64,000 bases of DNA from contig JAEZGS010000010.1 in assembly GCA_023437225.1 (NCBI GenBank), forward strand, positions 9,608 to 73,607, given 5' to 3'. This document shows positions 37,595 through 46,887 of the stretch, one piece after another. Origin of the DNA: Bacteroidota bacterium (GTDB taxonomy: Bacteria; Bacteroidota; Bacteroidia; Chitinophagales; Chitinophagaceae). A program made the position numbers and the translations under genes. Below the pieces are notes generated by a model. The model worked only from the letters and a program-made list of their open reading frames with translations, was not told the origin of the DNA and did not search any database. Positions within the stretch are counted from its first letter, which is position 1. Every line of letters starts with the position of its first letter.

Positions 37595-38551
37595 ATGCCA
37601 AGAATTTTTGTGATCAGTTTTTGTGTGGTGATGTTCATCCTGGGACACGCACATGCCCAGCCTGTAACACAGCATGGACAGCTTCGGGTTAAAGGTTCAC
37701 AACTGGTTGGAGAGCACGGTCGCCCGGTTGTTTTACGAGGAGTTAGTTTTGGGTGGCATAACTTCTGGCCACGTTTCTATAATGAAGAAGCGGTTAGCTG
37801 GCTTAGTACCGACTGGAACAGCACTGTTGTGAGAGCTGCAATGGGAGTGGAGGCTAAAGGCGGCTATAAATCTGATTCCGCGGGATCAGTCGATAAGATT
37901 AAAGCGGTTGTAGATGGTGCGATAAAGGCGGGTGTATATGTCATCATCGACTGGCATAGTCATAACATCAATCTCGAAGAGGCGAAGTTGTTTTTTTCGC
38001 AGATGGCTGGAGAATATGGTACTTATCCCAATGTGATATACGAGATATTCAACGAGCCGGATGAAGAAAGCTGGAAAGACGTGAAAGCTTATTCTGAAGA
38101 AGTGATCAATGTCATTCGTAAGTACGATCCTGATAACATTATCCTCGTCGGATCGCCTCACTGGGACCAGGATGTACATATTGTAGCAGATGATCCGATA
38201 GTAGTACATACAAACCTTATGTATACTTTTCACTATTATGCGGCCACACATAAACAGGACCTTCGTGAACGCGGCAACTATGCAATAAAAAAAGGATTGC
38301 CGTTATTCATTTCCGAATCGGCAGGCATGGAAGCCACGGGGGATGGACCTTTGAATGAGATCGAATGGATGCGATGGATACAATGGGCTGAAGAAAATAA
38401 GATAAGCTGGATCACCTGGTCTGTGTCCGATAAGGACGAAACCTGTTCGATGTTGCAGAAGTCGGCCGATTCCAAAGGAGGGTGGACAGATGCAGATCTG
38501 AAGGAGTCGGGTTTGAAGACCCGTGCGTTGTTGAAACACTACAATAGATGA
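37595..38551 (+). CDS. GH5 endoglucanase-type glycoside hydrolase, secreted
   Basis: 318 aa with a signal peptide. Acid/base YEIFNEP, the HFYA block, and the nucleophile region LFISESAG. Confidence 0.85.
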   Translation: MPRIFVISFCVVMFILGHAHAQPVTQHGQLRVKGSQLVGEHGRPVVLRGVSFGWHNFWPRFYNEEAVSWLSTDWNSTVVRAAMGVEAKGGYKSDSAGSVDKIKAVVDGAIKAGVYVIIDWHSHNINLEEAKLFFSQMAGEYGTYPNVIYEIFNEPDEESWKDVKAYSEEVINVIRKYDPDNIILVGSPHWDQDVHIVADDPIVVHTNLMYTFHYYAATHKQDLRERGNYAIKKGLPLFISESAGMEATGDGPLNEIEWMRWIQWAEENKISWITWSVSDKDETCSMLQKSADSKGGWTDADLKESGLKTRALLKHYNR

Positions 38552-38555
38552 CATG

Positions 38556-38589
38556 TGGAAATGGGAAATGGGAAATGGAAAATGGGAAA
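38556..38589. repeat. tandem heptamer array TGGAAA-(TGGGAAA)2-TGGAAAA-TGGGAAA
   Basis: Read directly. It starts 5 nt after the GH5 stop codon (38549-38551) and ends 18 nt before the next start (38608). Confidence 0.85.
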
Positions 38590-38607
38590 TAATCAAAGCA
38601 TCAAAAT

Positions 38608-39003
38608 ATGAAAGCAAGTATGGCGGCGGATGTCGACGCTTACATTGCGGAGCAACCTGTATCAGTGCAGGAGTTGTTGAATAAAATACGCGATACAATT
38701 CGCAACGCTGCCCCGGACGCCGAAGAGCTGATCAGCTACCAGATGCCCGCATATAAATTGGCTGGCCCGCTGGTTTATTTCGGTGCGAGTAAAAATCATA
38801 TAGGGTTTTATCCAACGAATTCGGGTGTTACTAATTTCCAGAAAGAGTTGTCGGCTTACAAGACTTCAAAGGGCGCAATTCAGTTCCCGATCGACAAGCC
38901 TTTACCTGTAAAGTTGATCAAAGACATTGTACAATTCCGCGTCAAGGAAAACGAAATGCGTGCGCAGGTCAAATCTAGGACCCGCACTGCCAAAAAGAAA
39001 TAA
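38608..39003 (+). CDS. DUF1801 (YdhG-like) domain protein
   Basis: 131 aa. DAYIAEQPVSVQELLNKIRDTIRNAAPDAEELISYQMPAYK..VYFGASKNHIGFYP is typical of DUF1801. Confidence 0.7.
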   Translation: MKASMAADVDAYIAEQPVSVQELLNKIRDTIRNAAPDAEELISYQMPAYKLAGPLVYFGASKNHIGFYPTNSGVTNFQKELSAYKTSKGAIQFPIDKPLPVKLIKDIVQFRVKENEMRAQVKSRTRTAKKK

Positions 39004-39014
39004 TACCTGTTATC

Positions 39015-40400
39015 ATGAAATATCTGCTTACCCTGTTACTGCTTTCTGTTTCCGTACTAACAAAAAGTAATGTTCGATTACCGGCGATCATCGGCGATCA
39101 CATGGTGCTTCAACAAAATTCCATGGTAAACCTATGGGGATGGAGTGATCCGACAGAAAATATAACGGTGAGGACCAGTTGGGACACAACTACATACAAA
39201 ACAGTGGGAAGTGAAGGCGCCAAATGGATGGTGCAAATTCAAACCCCTTCGGCGGGCGGTCCCTATACGATCACGGTAAAGGGCAACAATGAAATTGTAA
39301 TTAACGATGTACTTATTGGTGAAGTCTGGTTATGCAGCGGTCAAAGTAATATGGAGATGCATTATAACTGGGGGCTGAAGCAGTACACCGAAGACATGAA
39401 CAAAGCTACAAATCAAAGCATTCGCTTCTTCCACATACCTAAATTAACATCGGATCATCCGCAGGATAATATTGTTGGAAAATGGGTGGTCTGCAACCCT
39501 GAGGATGCTAAAAATTTCAGCCTCGTGGGTTATTATTTTGGTTCAAAGATCAATTCTGTTACCAGGTCGCCGGTAGGGTTGATCAATGCAAGTTGGGGAG
39601 GTACACCTGCGGAAACATGGACACCGGCCCAAGTGGTAGTGGAAGATCCGGTACTACGTGAGGTGTCTACAAAATTAAATAAGGCACAATGGTGGCCGAT
39701 CACACCCGCGGCTACTTACAATGCAATGATTTATCCAATTGTCAATTTCGGCATCGGTGGTGCCATCTGGTATCAGGGTGAAGCAAACACCACAACTTCA
39801 TCAACGTACCAATCGCTCCTTACAAAAATGATCGACTCCTGGCGAGCAGCATTCAAAAGGGAGTTTCCATTTTATTTTGTACAAATAGCACCATTTGCAT
39901 ACGGGACCAACCACATAGGGCCGCTGTTACGCGAAGCTCAAAGTAAGGCCGCTTCTCACAAAGGAACAGGAATGATCGTAATAAGTGACCTGGTTGATAA
40001 TGTGAAAGATATTCATCCGCAAATGAAAAAGGAAGTTGGTTTGCGACTTGCTAATTACGCACTTGGCGATCATTATAAAGTAGACGTTGGAGAATATCGA
40101 AGTCCAGTTTTCAAATCGATGGAAGTCGCAAAAAATAAAATAAGAATTTCGTTTGAACACGCCCAGTCGGGCTTGATCTCTAAGGGAGGCGCACCCACCG
40201 AATTCTACATTGCAGGAGATGACAAAAAGTTTTACCCTGCCACAGCCAGGATCATTGGTAATAAGGTGGAGGTTTCGGCTAAAGAAGTTAAACAACCCGT
40301 AGCAGTGCGCTTTGGATTCGCTAATGAAGCAATGCCTAATCTTTTTAATAAAGAAGGCCTGCCCGTTGATCTTTTCAGAACCGACAACTGGCCACTTTAG
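39015..40400 (+). CDS. SASA-type carbohydrate esterase (sialate O-acetylesterase family; likely acetyl-mannan esterase by context)
   Basis: 461 aa with a signal peptide. GEVWLCSGQSNME catalytic Ser block and WYQGEAN. Confidence 0.8.
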   Translation: MKYLLTLLLLSVSVLTKSNVRLPAIIGDHMVLQQNSMVNLWGWSDPTENITVRTSWDTTTYKTVGSEGAKWMVQIQTPSAGGPYTITVKGNNEIVINDVLIGEVWLCSGQSNMEMHYNWGLKQYTEDMNKATNQSIRFFHIPKLTSDHPQDNIVGKWVVCNPEDAKNFSLVGYYFGSKINSVTRSPVGLINASWGGTPAETWTPAQVVVEDPVLREVSTKLNKAQWWPITPAATYNAMIYPIVNFGIGGAIWYQGEANTTTSSTYQSLLTKMIDSWRAAFKREFPFYFVQIAPFAYGTNHIGPLLREAQSKAASHKGTGMIVISDLVDNVKDIHPQMKKEVGLRLANYALGDHYKVDVGEYRSPVFKSMEVAKNKIRISFEHAQSGLISKGGAPTEFYIAGDDKKFYPATARIIGNKVEVSAKEVKQPVAVRFGFANEAMPNLFNKEGLPVDLFRTDNWPL

Positions 40401-40569
40401 GATTTTTCAAAGAGACCGAAACGCTCTGTAAACTTTTTTTCCAGCTAAAATAGTATGCTTTCACTAAGCAGAAATACTTAGTCGCCCACTCGTTACCTTG
40501 CCCATGTTTTGCAAGATCGGTCAGTATAAAGCGGTTAAATAACATACCGAATAGATAAAAAAGTATCAG

Positions 40570-40597
40570 TTTGTTGCAGGCAGCTGCTCTAAATTTG
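40570..40597 (+). promoter_or_regulatory. weak Bacteroidota-type promoter candidate (TTTG ... TAAATTTG)
   Basis: TAAATTTG at 40590-40597 fits the TAnnTTTG -7 consensus. A TTTG sits at 40570-40573, but the 16-nt gap is shorter than usual. It lies 39 nt upstream of the GH5-GH26 start. Confidence 0.2.
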
Positions 40598-40635
40598 GGG
40601 ACAATTCAAATTGTGTCTACAACAAACTTGCTTCC

Positions 40636-42999
40636 ATGAAATTCAGAGTTCTGCTCAGTTTATTTGTTTGTTTAATGTTATCCGGCGCTATTAGTCTTGC
40701 GCAAACAGGCTTTGTCAAGACCAGGGGTCATCAATTCACTTTAGATAATCAGCCTTACTATTATATTGGCGCAAACTACTGGTACGGAGGGCATCTGGGT
40801 CTTGAAAAATCAGATGTTCGTGGAATAGATCGGATGCGTCGTGAATTGGATTTTCTTAAGAAGAATGGCGTTACGAATTTGCGTGTACTTGCGGCAGTTG
40901 AAGGCTCAGGGATCATCACAGGCGTTAACCGCGTTGAGTCGCCTTTTCAACCAGAGCGCGGTGTATTTGATGAGTCTAAACTTAATGGTCTGGATCTTTT
41001 GCTTTCCGAAATGGGCAAACGAAGTATGAAGGCAGTGTTGTTCCTTAGCAACAACTGGGAATGGAGTGGCGGATTTCTTCAATATCTTAACTGGAACGGT
41101 CAGATCCCGGATTCTGTATTACGCCGGAAACTCAACTGGGACGAGCTTCGCGATTATACAAGTAAATTTTACACTTGTGAACCATGTAAGGAAGATTATC
41201 GCAAGCAGGTTAAGTTCATTGTGTCGCGAACCAATTCAATAACTAAGAAGAAATACACCAACGATCCGGCTATCATGGCATGGGAGCTTGCAAACGAACC
41301 AAGACCTATGCGCCCATTAGTGAACGACGCATATAAAAAATGGATCAGTGATGCATCTGCATATATTAAATCGCTCGATAAAAATCATCTTTTAACCATC
41401 GGGCATGAAGGCGACATCGCTGTAGAAAGTAATACTGCATTGTACGAAGCCATCCATGCAGATAAGAATGTAGACTATCTCACCATTCATATCTGGCCAA
41501 AAAACTGGGGCTGGTTCAAGCTGGAAACGATGGAAAAGGATTTTCCAACGGTAACGAAGAACACACTTGAATACATAACAAAACATGCAGCACTTGCAGC
41601 GAAAATGAAGAAGCCGCTGGTGGTGGAAGAATTTGGCTTTCCACGCAATCACCATTCATTTGATCTGAGTGTGGAGACAACTCTTCGCGATCGTTACTAC
41701 GCATCGATCTTTGAAGAATGGAGAAAGAGCAAACTGAGCAATGGATCCATCGCAGGAATTAATTTCTGGGCATACGGCGGTACTGCACGACCAATAAAAG
41801 GGCAGGTTTACTGGAAACATGGCGATGAATACATGGGTGATCCTCCAATGGAGGAACAGGGATTGAATTCTGTGTTTAATAATGATGCGTCTACGTGGAA
41901 AGTAATTCGCGCTTATGCGAAGGGAACTCCAACTGAAAGCGATGTTCCATCGGATAGATTTGCAACCAAAGAAACCAGGAACTTATATACAAACCTGAAA
42001 AAGCTTCGCGGAAAGGGAGTGATGTTTGGACACCAGGATGCGCTTGCCTATGGTGTCAATTGGAAATACCAGACCGGAAGGAGTGATGTGAAAGACGTTG
42101 TTGGCGATTATCCGGCAGTGTATGGCTGGGAACTTGGTAATCTGGAACTGGGCATGGAGTACAATCTCGACAGTGTTCCATTTGAGAAGATGAAACAATT
42201 CATTCGCGATGGATACGAACGAGGTGGGATGAGTTCTATCAGTTGGCATCTGGCAAATCCCATCAATCTGGAAAATGCATGGGATACAACGCATGGCGGT
42301 GTTGCTGCGGTTTTGCCGGGTGGCGCAAAGCATGAAATGTACAACCTTTGGCTTGACAGACTTGCAGATTTCCTGCTTGATCTGAAAGGGAAAAAAGGCG
42401 AACCAATACCTATATTATTTCGGCCTTATCATGAATTGACCGGCAACTGGTTCTGGTGGTGTCAGAATACGAATAGTCCAACCGAGTTTAAATTATTATG
42501 GAGATATACCGCCGACTACTTACGCAATGTTCGAAAAGTGAACAATCTGCTTTATGTATACAATACTGCAGACGTTAGATCCAAAGAAGAGTTTATGGAA
42601 CGATACCCTGGCGATGATGTGGTGGATATGGTAAGTTTTGATGCATATCAATACAATGATCCAACAAAGGACGACAGCTTCATAAAAGATGTAAGAAGAA
42701 AATTAGAGATCATTACTGAGGTAGGTAAGGAAAGAAATAAGTTGACGGCACTTGCTGAAGCTGGCTATGAGCGCATTCCCTATGCACAGTGGTGGACAAA
42801 CACACTATGGAAAGCAATTGAAGGATTCGACATATCGTATGTGTTAATTTGGCGAAATGCAGGGTTGATGCCCAACGGCAATATGCATTACTATGGACCG
42901 CATAAAGGTCATGGTTCGGAAGCGGATTTTATTAGGTTTTATAATATGAAGGAAACATTATTCGAAAAAGAAGCTGCTAAAGAAGGCCTGTATAAATAA
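40636..42999 (+). CDS. bifunctional beta-mannanase: GH5 (mannanase-type) N-domain + GH26 C-domain
   Basis: 787 aa with a signal peptide. N-half has WELANEPR (acid/base) and VVEEFGFPR (nucleophile). C-half from about aa 445 has GVMFGHQDALAYG, FRPYHELTGNWFWW (GH26 hallmark) and LAEAGYE. Confidence 0.85.
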   Translation: MKFRVLLSLFVCLMLSGAISLAQTGFVKTRGHQFTLDNQPYYYIGANYWYGGHLGLEKSDVRGIDRMRRELDFLKKNGVTNLRVLAAVEGSGIITGVNRVESPFQPERGVFDESKLNGLDLLLSEMGKRSMKAVLFLSNNWEWSGGFLQYLNWNGQIPDSVLRRKLNWDELRDYTSKFYTCEPCKEDYRKQVKFIVSRTNSITKKKYTNDPAIMAWELANEPRPMRPLVNDAYKKWISDASAYIKSLDKNHLLTIGHEGDIAVESNTALYEAIHADKNVDYLTIHIWPKNWGWFKLETMEKDFPTVTKNTLEYITKHAALAAKMKKPLVVEEFGFPRNHHSFDLSVETTLRDRYYASIFEEWRKSKLSNGSIAGINFWAYGGTARPIKGQVYWKHGDEYMGDPPMEEQGLNSVFNNDASTWKVIRAYAKGTPTESDVPSDRFATKETRNLYTNLKKLRGKGVMFGHQDALAYGVNWKYQTGRSDVKDVVGDYPAVYGWELGNLELGMEYNLDSVPFEKMKQFIRDGYERGGMSSISWHLANPINLENAWDTTHGGVAAVLPGGAKHEMYNLWLDRLADFLLDLKGKKGEPIPILFRPYHELTGNWFWWCQNTNSPTEFKLLWRYTADYLRNVRKVNNLLYVYNTADVRSKEEFMERYPGDDVVDMVSFDAYQYNDPTKDDSFIKDVRRKLEIITEVGKERNKLTALAEAGYERIPYAQWWTNTLWKAIEGFDISYVLIWRNAGLMPNGNMHYYGPHKGHGSEADFIRFYNMKETLFEKEAAKEGLYK

Positions 43000-43009
43000 A
43001 CTTATAACG

Positions 43010-44401
43010 ATGGATCACAAGATTGGGACAAGAGAAAAAATTGGTTATGGCTTTGGTGACTTCGCTTCTTCAATGTTTTGGAAGCTGTTCTCAGTTTACC
43101 TTCTGTATTATTATACTGATGTTGTTGGTATAGCTGCAGCAGCAGTCGGCACAATGTTTCTGATCACACGGATTTGGGATACTGCACTTGATCCTATCAT
43201 TGGGATCATCTCTGACCGTACAGATACACGATATGGCAAGTTCAGGCCTTACCTGTTGTGGATTGCGATTCCCTTTGGTGTTATTGGAGTTTTTCTATTT
43301 ACCGATCCCAACCTCGGTGATGCCGGCAACCTTGTATATGCGTATGTGACTTATACTTTGATGATGATGATCTATTCTGCCATCAATGTACCTTATGCAT
43401 CATTGATGGGAGTGATGACAGCAAACATCAAAGATCGGACAACACTTTCTACCTTTCGTTTCATTTTTGCTTTTGCAGGAAGCATACTTGTTCTCGCCGC
43501 TGCGGAACCATTGGTGGAGTTGTTTGGAAAAACTTCGACAGGCAGCATTGACCCATCAAAGGGATGGCAACTTGCGATCATCGTATTTGCAATCATTGCA
43601 TCGGTGTTGTTCCTGCTAACTTTTTACTGGACAAAAGAAAGAGTAAGTCCTCCAAAAGAGCAGAAGACTTCATTGAAGGCGGATCTGATCAATCTCGGTA
43701 CAAACAAGCCATGGTTCATATTATTAGGCGCTGGAGTGTTCACGCTCATTTTTAATTCACTACGTGATGGATCTGCTATCTACTATTTCAAGTATTATTT
43801 CTCAAGCCAACAGGCTTTCCAGCTTCCAGTGTTTGATGTTGCGATCAATTTCAGTACGCTTTATTTGGTATTGGGACAGGCGGCAAACATCGTAGGTGTG
43901 GTGCTGGCAAAACCGGTATCCGATAAGATCGGAAAGAAAAACACTTTCATGTATTCCATGCTTATCGCAACGGTGTTGAGTGCAATATTTTTCATGTTCG
44001 ATGAAAACGATATTGCATTGATCTTCTCATTTCAGTTCCTGATAAGTGTTTGTGCTGGTACCGTGTTTCCACTGTTGTGGTCGATGTATGCCGACATTGC
44101 CGATTATTCAGAATGGAAGACGGGGCGAAGAGCTACAGGATTGATCTTCTCTTCCTCATCGATGTCGCAAAAACTCGGCTGGACACTGGGCGGCGCTGTT
44201 ACAGGCTGGTTGCTGGGTGTTTGGGGATTTGAAGCAAACACCGTTCAAACGGAGGAAGCACAAACGGGAATCCGGATGATGCTGAGTTTCATTCCTGCAG
44301 CAGGAGCATTGATATCTGCAGCGTTTATAGTGTTCTATAAGCTTAGCGATTCCTTCATGATGCAGGTGAGCGAAGAGTTGATTGAAAGAAGAAAGCAGTA
44401 A
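43010..44401 (+). CDS. GPH-family (MelB-like) glycoside:cation symporter, MFS
   Basis: 463 aa with 12 TM. N-terminal KIGYGFGDFASSMFW and the DR..TRYGKFRP block are typical of GPH transporters. Confidence 0.85.
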   Translation: MDHKIGTREKIGYGFGDFASSMFWKLFSVYLLYYYTDVVGIAAAAVGTMFLITRIWDTALDPIIGIISDRTDTRYGKFRPYLLWIAIPFGVIGVFLFTDPNLGDAGNLVYAYVTYTLMMMIYSAINVPYASLMGVMTANIKDRTTLSTFRFIFAFAGSILVLAAAEPLVELFGKTSTGSIDPSKGWQLAIIVFAIIASVLFLLTFYWTKERVSPPKEQKTSLKADLINLGTNKPWFILLGAGVFTLIFNSLRDGSAIYYFKYYFSSQQAFQLPVFDVAINFSTLYLVLGQAANIVGVVLAKPVSDKIGKKNTFMYSMLIATVLSAIFFMFDENDIALIFSFQFLISVCAGTVFPLLWSMYADIADYSEWKTGRRATGLIFSSSSMSQKLGWTLGGAVTGWLLGVWGFEANTVQTEEAQTGIRMMLSFIPAAGALISAAFIVFYKLSDSFMMQVSEELIERRKQ

Positions 44402-44434
44402 GAGAAATGGAAACATGAAACGCGAAACACGAAA
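44402..44434. repeat. degenerate 7-nt periodic GAAA array (GAGAAA TGGAAA CATGAAA CGCGAAA CACGAAA)
   Basis: Read directly. It begins 1 nt after the symporter stop and ends 25 nt before the GH130 start. Confidence 0.5.
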
Positions 44435-44459
44435 TATTTAGAATTACGAATTATAAATT

Positions 44460-45650
44460 ATGGCAAACATCCTATTTGAACAGAGACTTGCGTCGTTAAC
44501 TAAAGCTCATCGTGAATTGATCGAGCGTGCGAATGAAAAAGAAGAGCTTGGTAACGGCATCTTTGAAAGATACAAGTATCCGATATTGACCGCAGAACAT
44601 GCGCCCATCAACTGGAGATATGATCTGAACCCGGTGACGAATCCTTTCCTCATGGAAAGATTTGGAATCAATGCAGCCTTCAATGCCGGTGCCATTAAAC
44701 TCAACAATAAGTATTACCTGGTGGCGCGAGTGGAGGGATATGATCGCAAATCATTTTTTGCGGTTGCCGAAAGTGATAATGGTATCGATAATTTTCGTTT
44801 CTGGGAGCACCCAATAACGATGCCTCAAACGGAAGAGCCAGATACAAATGTTTATGATATGCGTCTTGTGCAGCATGAAGACGGATGGATTTATGGATTG
44901 TTCTGCACCGAACGCAGAGATCCTTCGGCCCACGAAGGCGACCAATCGGCCGCCATTGCACAATGCGGCATCGCCCGAACCCATGATCTCAAAACATGGG
45001 AGCGTCTGCCTGATTTAAAAACTCCCTCGCCACAACAAAGAAATGTTGTATTGCATCCTGAATTTGTGAATGGTAAATATGCACTTTACACCCGTCCACA
45101 GGACAGCTTTATAGAAGCTGGAAAAGGCGGTGGTATTGGATTTGGATTGAGTGACTCGATGACACCTGCAGTGGTGAACGAAGAAGTTGTAATCGATCGC
45201 AAGGTGTATCATACAGTGTACGAAGCAAAGAATGGACTTGGTCCTGCACCCATCAAAACCGATATTGGCTGGTTGCATCTTGCACACGGTGTTCGTAACA
45301 CAGCTGCGGGCCTTCGCTATGTCCTGTATATGTTCATGACCGATCTGCAGGACATTACCAGGGTAATACACAAACCTGCCGGATATTTCATTGCTCCCGA
45401 AGGAAAGGAAAGAATTGGTGATGTATCGAATGTGGTGTTTGCAAATGGATGGATAGCAGACGAAGATGGTACTGTTTTTATCTATTATGCATCATCTGAC
45501 ACACGCATGCACGTTGCTACCTCCAGTGTCGATCGGCTGATTGATTATGTTATCAATACACCGGAAGACGGACTTACCTCTGCCGCTTCAGTTGAGACAC
45601 TCAACAGGATCATCGATGCAAATTTGAAACTAATCAATCAGAATTATTAA
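44460..45650 (+). CDS. GH130 4-O-beta-D-mannosyl-D-glucose phosphorylase-type enzyme
   Basis: 396 aa. Long blocks ([116 protein letters not shown]) match the Bacteroides fragilis enzyme as I remember it. Confidence 0.9.
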   Translation: MANILFEQRLASLTKAHRELIERANEKEELGNGIFERYKYPILTAEHAPINWRYDLNPVTNPFLMERFGINAAFNAGAIKLNNKYYLVARVEGYDRKSFFAVAESDNGIDNFRFWEHPITMPQTEEPDTNVYDMRLVQHEDGWIYGLFCTERRDPSAHEGDQSAAIAQCGIARTHDLKTWERLPDLKTPSPQQRNVVLHPEFVNGKYALYTRPQDSFIEAGKGGGIGFGLSDSMTPAVVNEEVVIDRKVYHTVYEAKNGLGPAPIKTDIGWLHLAHGVRNTAAGLRYVLYMFMTDLQDITRVIHKPAGYFIAPEGKERIGDVSNVVFANGWIADEDGTVFIYYASSDTRMHVATSSVDRLIDYVINTPEDGLTSAASVETLNRIIDANLKLINQNY

Positions 45651-46880
45651 ATGCTCTCTGAAGTAAACCCAGGTACTGGTTCTATAGACGATCTACTTCG
45701 GCATTACCAAATGGAAATGCAGGATGAATTGAGTAGCATACTGGAATACTGGACCGAAAATACCATCGATGCTGAATTTGGCGGGTTCCTGGGTAAGATC
45801 GACAATAACAATATAGCCGACGCAAAGGCCCCTAAAGGGTCGGTTCTGAATAGCAGAATATTGTGGTCGTATTCCGCCGCGTACAATCTTGTAAGAAAAG
45901 AAGTATATAAGCAATGCGCCACCCGTGCCTTTGAATACATCAGGGATCACTTCATCGATAAAGAACACGGTGGCGTTTATTGGACAGTGGATCACCTCGG
46001 TGCTCCGCTTGATACCAAAAAGCAGATATATGCATTGTCATTCGCCATTTACGGATTGAGTGAATACTACAGGATGTCAGGAGACGAAGAGGCGAAGCAA
46101 CTTGCGATCGGATTATATCATGCGATTGTTGAACACAGCTATGACACCCGATATGGAGGTTATATTGAAGCGTTGACCCGCAACTGGCAGGAGATTGGTG
46201 ATCTTCGGCTAAGCGAAAAGGACGAAAATGAGAAGAAGTCGATGAACACTCATTTGCACGTCATTGAAGGCTTTGCCAATTTGTATCGCATCTGGCCGGA
46301 TGCACAATTGAAACAGCGCATAGCTGAACTCGTGTATATCTTCCTGGATCATATCATTCATCCCGAAACCAATCATCTGGTTTTATTCTTTGATGAAAAA
46401 TGGAGATCCAAATTCAACATTGTTTCATATGGACACGACATTGAAGCTGCATGGCTGATACAGGAAGCGGCCGAAGTTATACATGATGAAGAACTTGTTG
46501 CGAAAGTGAAAGAACGTTCAATATTGATTGCTGAGGCAGCATCACGCGGGCTCGATGAGGATGGAGGATTGTGGTATGAATACAATGCTGATCAGAACCA
46601 CATGATCCATGAAAAACACTGGTGGCCTCAATCGGAGGCGATGGTTGGTTTTTTCAATGCTTACCAGATAACTGGTAGTGATCAATACCTGTTGCGATCT
46701 TACCGCAATTGGAATTTTGTGAAACAATATATTTTGGATAAAGAAAATGGCGAATGGTTTTGGGGCGTCAATGCCGACCATTCGGTAATGCAGGGACAGG
46801 ATAAAGCTGGCATGTGGAAATGTCCTTATCATAACAGTCGCGCCTGCATTGAAATCATAACACGTATCGGACAAATTTAA
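45651..46880 (+). CDS. AGE-superfamily cellobiose/mannobiose 2-epimerase
   Basis: 409 aa with N-acylglucosamine 2-epimerase-like blocks (HLHVIEGFANLY, HWWPQSEA). Start is adjacent to the GH130 stop. Confidence 0.8.
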   Translation: MLSEVNPGTGSIDDLLRHYQMEMQDELSSILEYWTENTIDAEFGGFLGKIDNNNIADAKAPKGSVLNSRILWSYSAAYNLVRKEVYKQCATRAFEYIRDHFIDKEHGGVYWTVDHLGAPLDTKKQIYALSFAIYGLSEYYRMSGDEEAKQLAIGLYHAIVEHSYDTRYGGYIEALTRNWQEIGDLRLSEKDENEKKSMNTHLHVIEGFANLYRIWPDAQLKQRIAELVYIFLDHIIHPETNHLVLFFDEKWRSKFNIVSYGHDIEAAWLIQEAAEVIHDEELVAKVKERSILIAEAASRGLDEDGGLWYEYNADQNHMIHEKHWWPQSEAMVGFFNAYQITGSDQYLLRSYRNWNFVKQYILDKENGEWFWGVNADHSVMQGQDKAGMWKCPYHNSRACIEIITRIGQI

Positions 46881-46887
46881 ATGCTAT

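Noticed and set aside
38556-38589. Heptamer arrays (also 44402-44434 and 51208-51248) considered as a CRISPR array or a small coding gene (for example MTCGNGKWEMENGK).
   Set aside because: Units are 6-7 nt with no spacers, so this is not CRISPR. A 7-nt period cycles through all three frames, and the possible peptides are 14-25 aa with no signal, so coding is unlikely.
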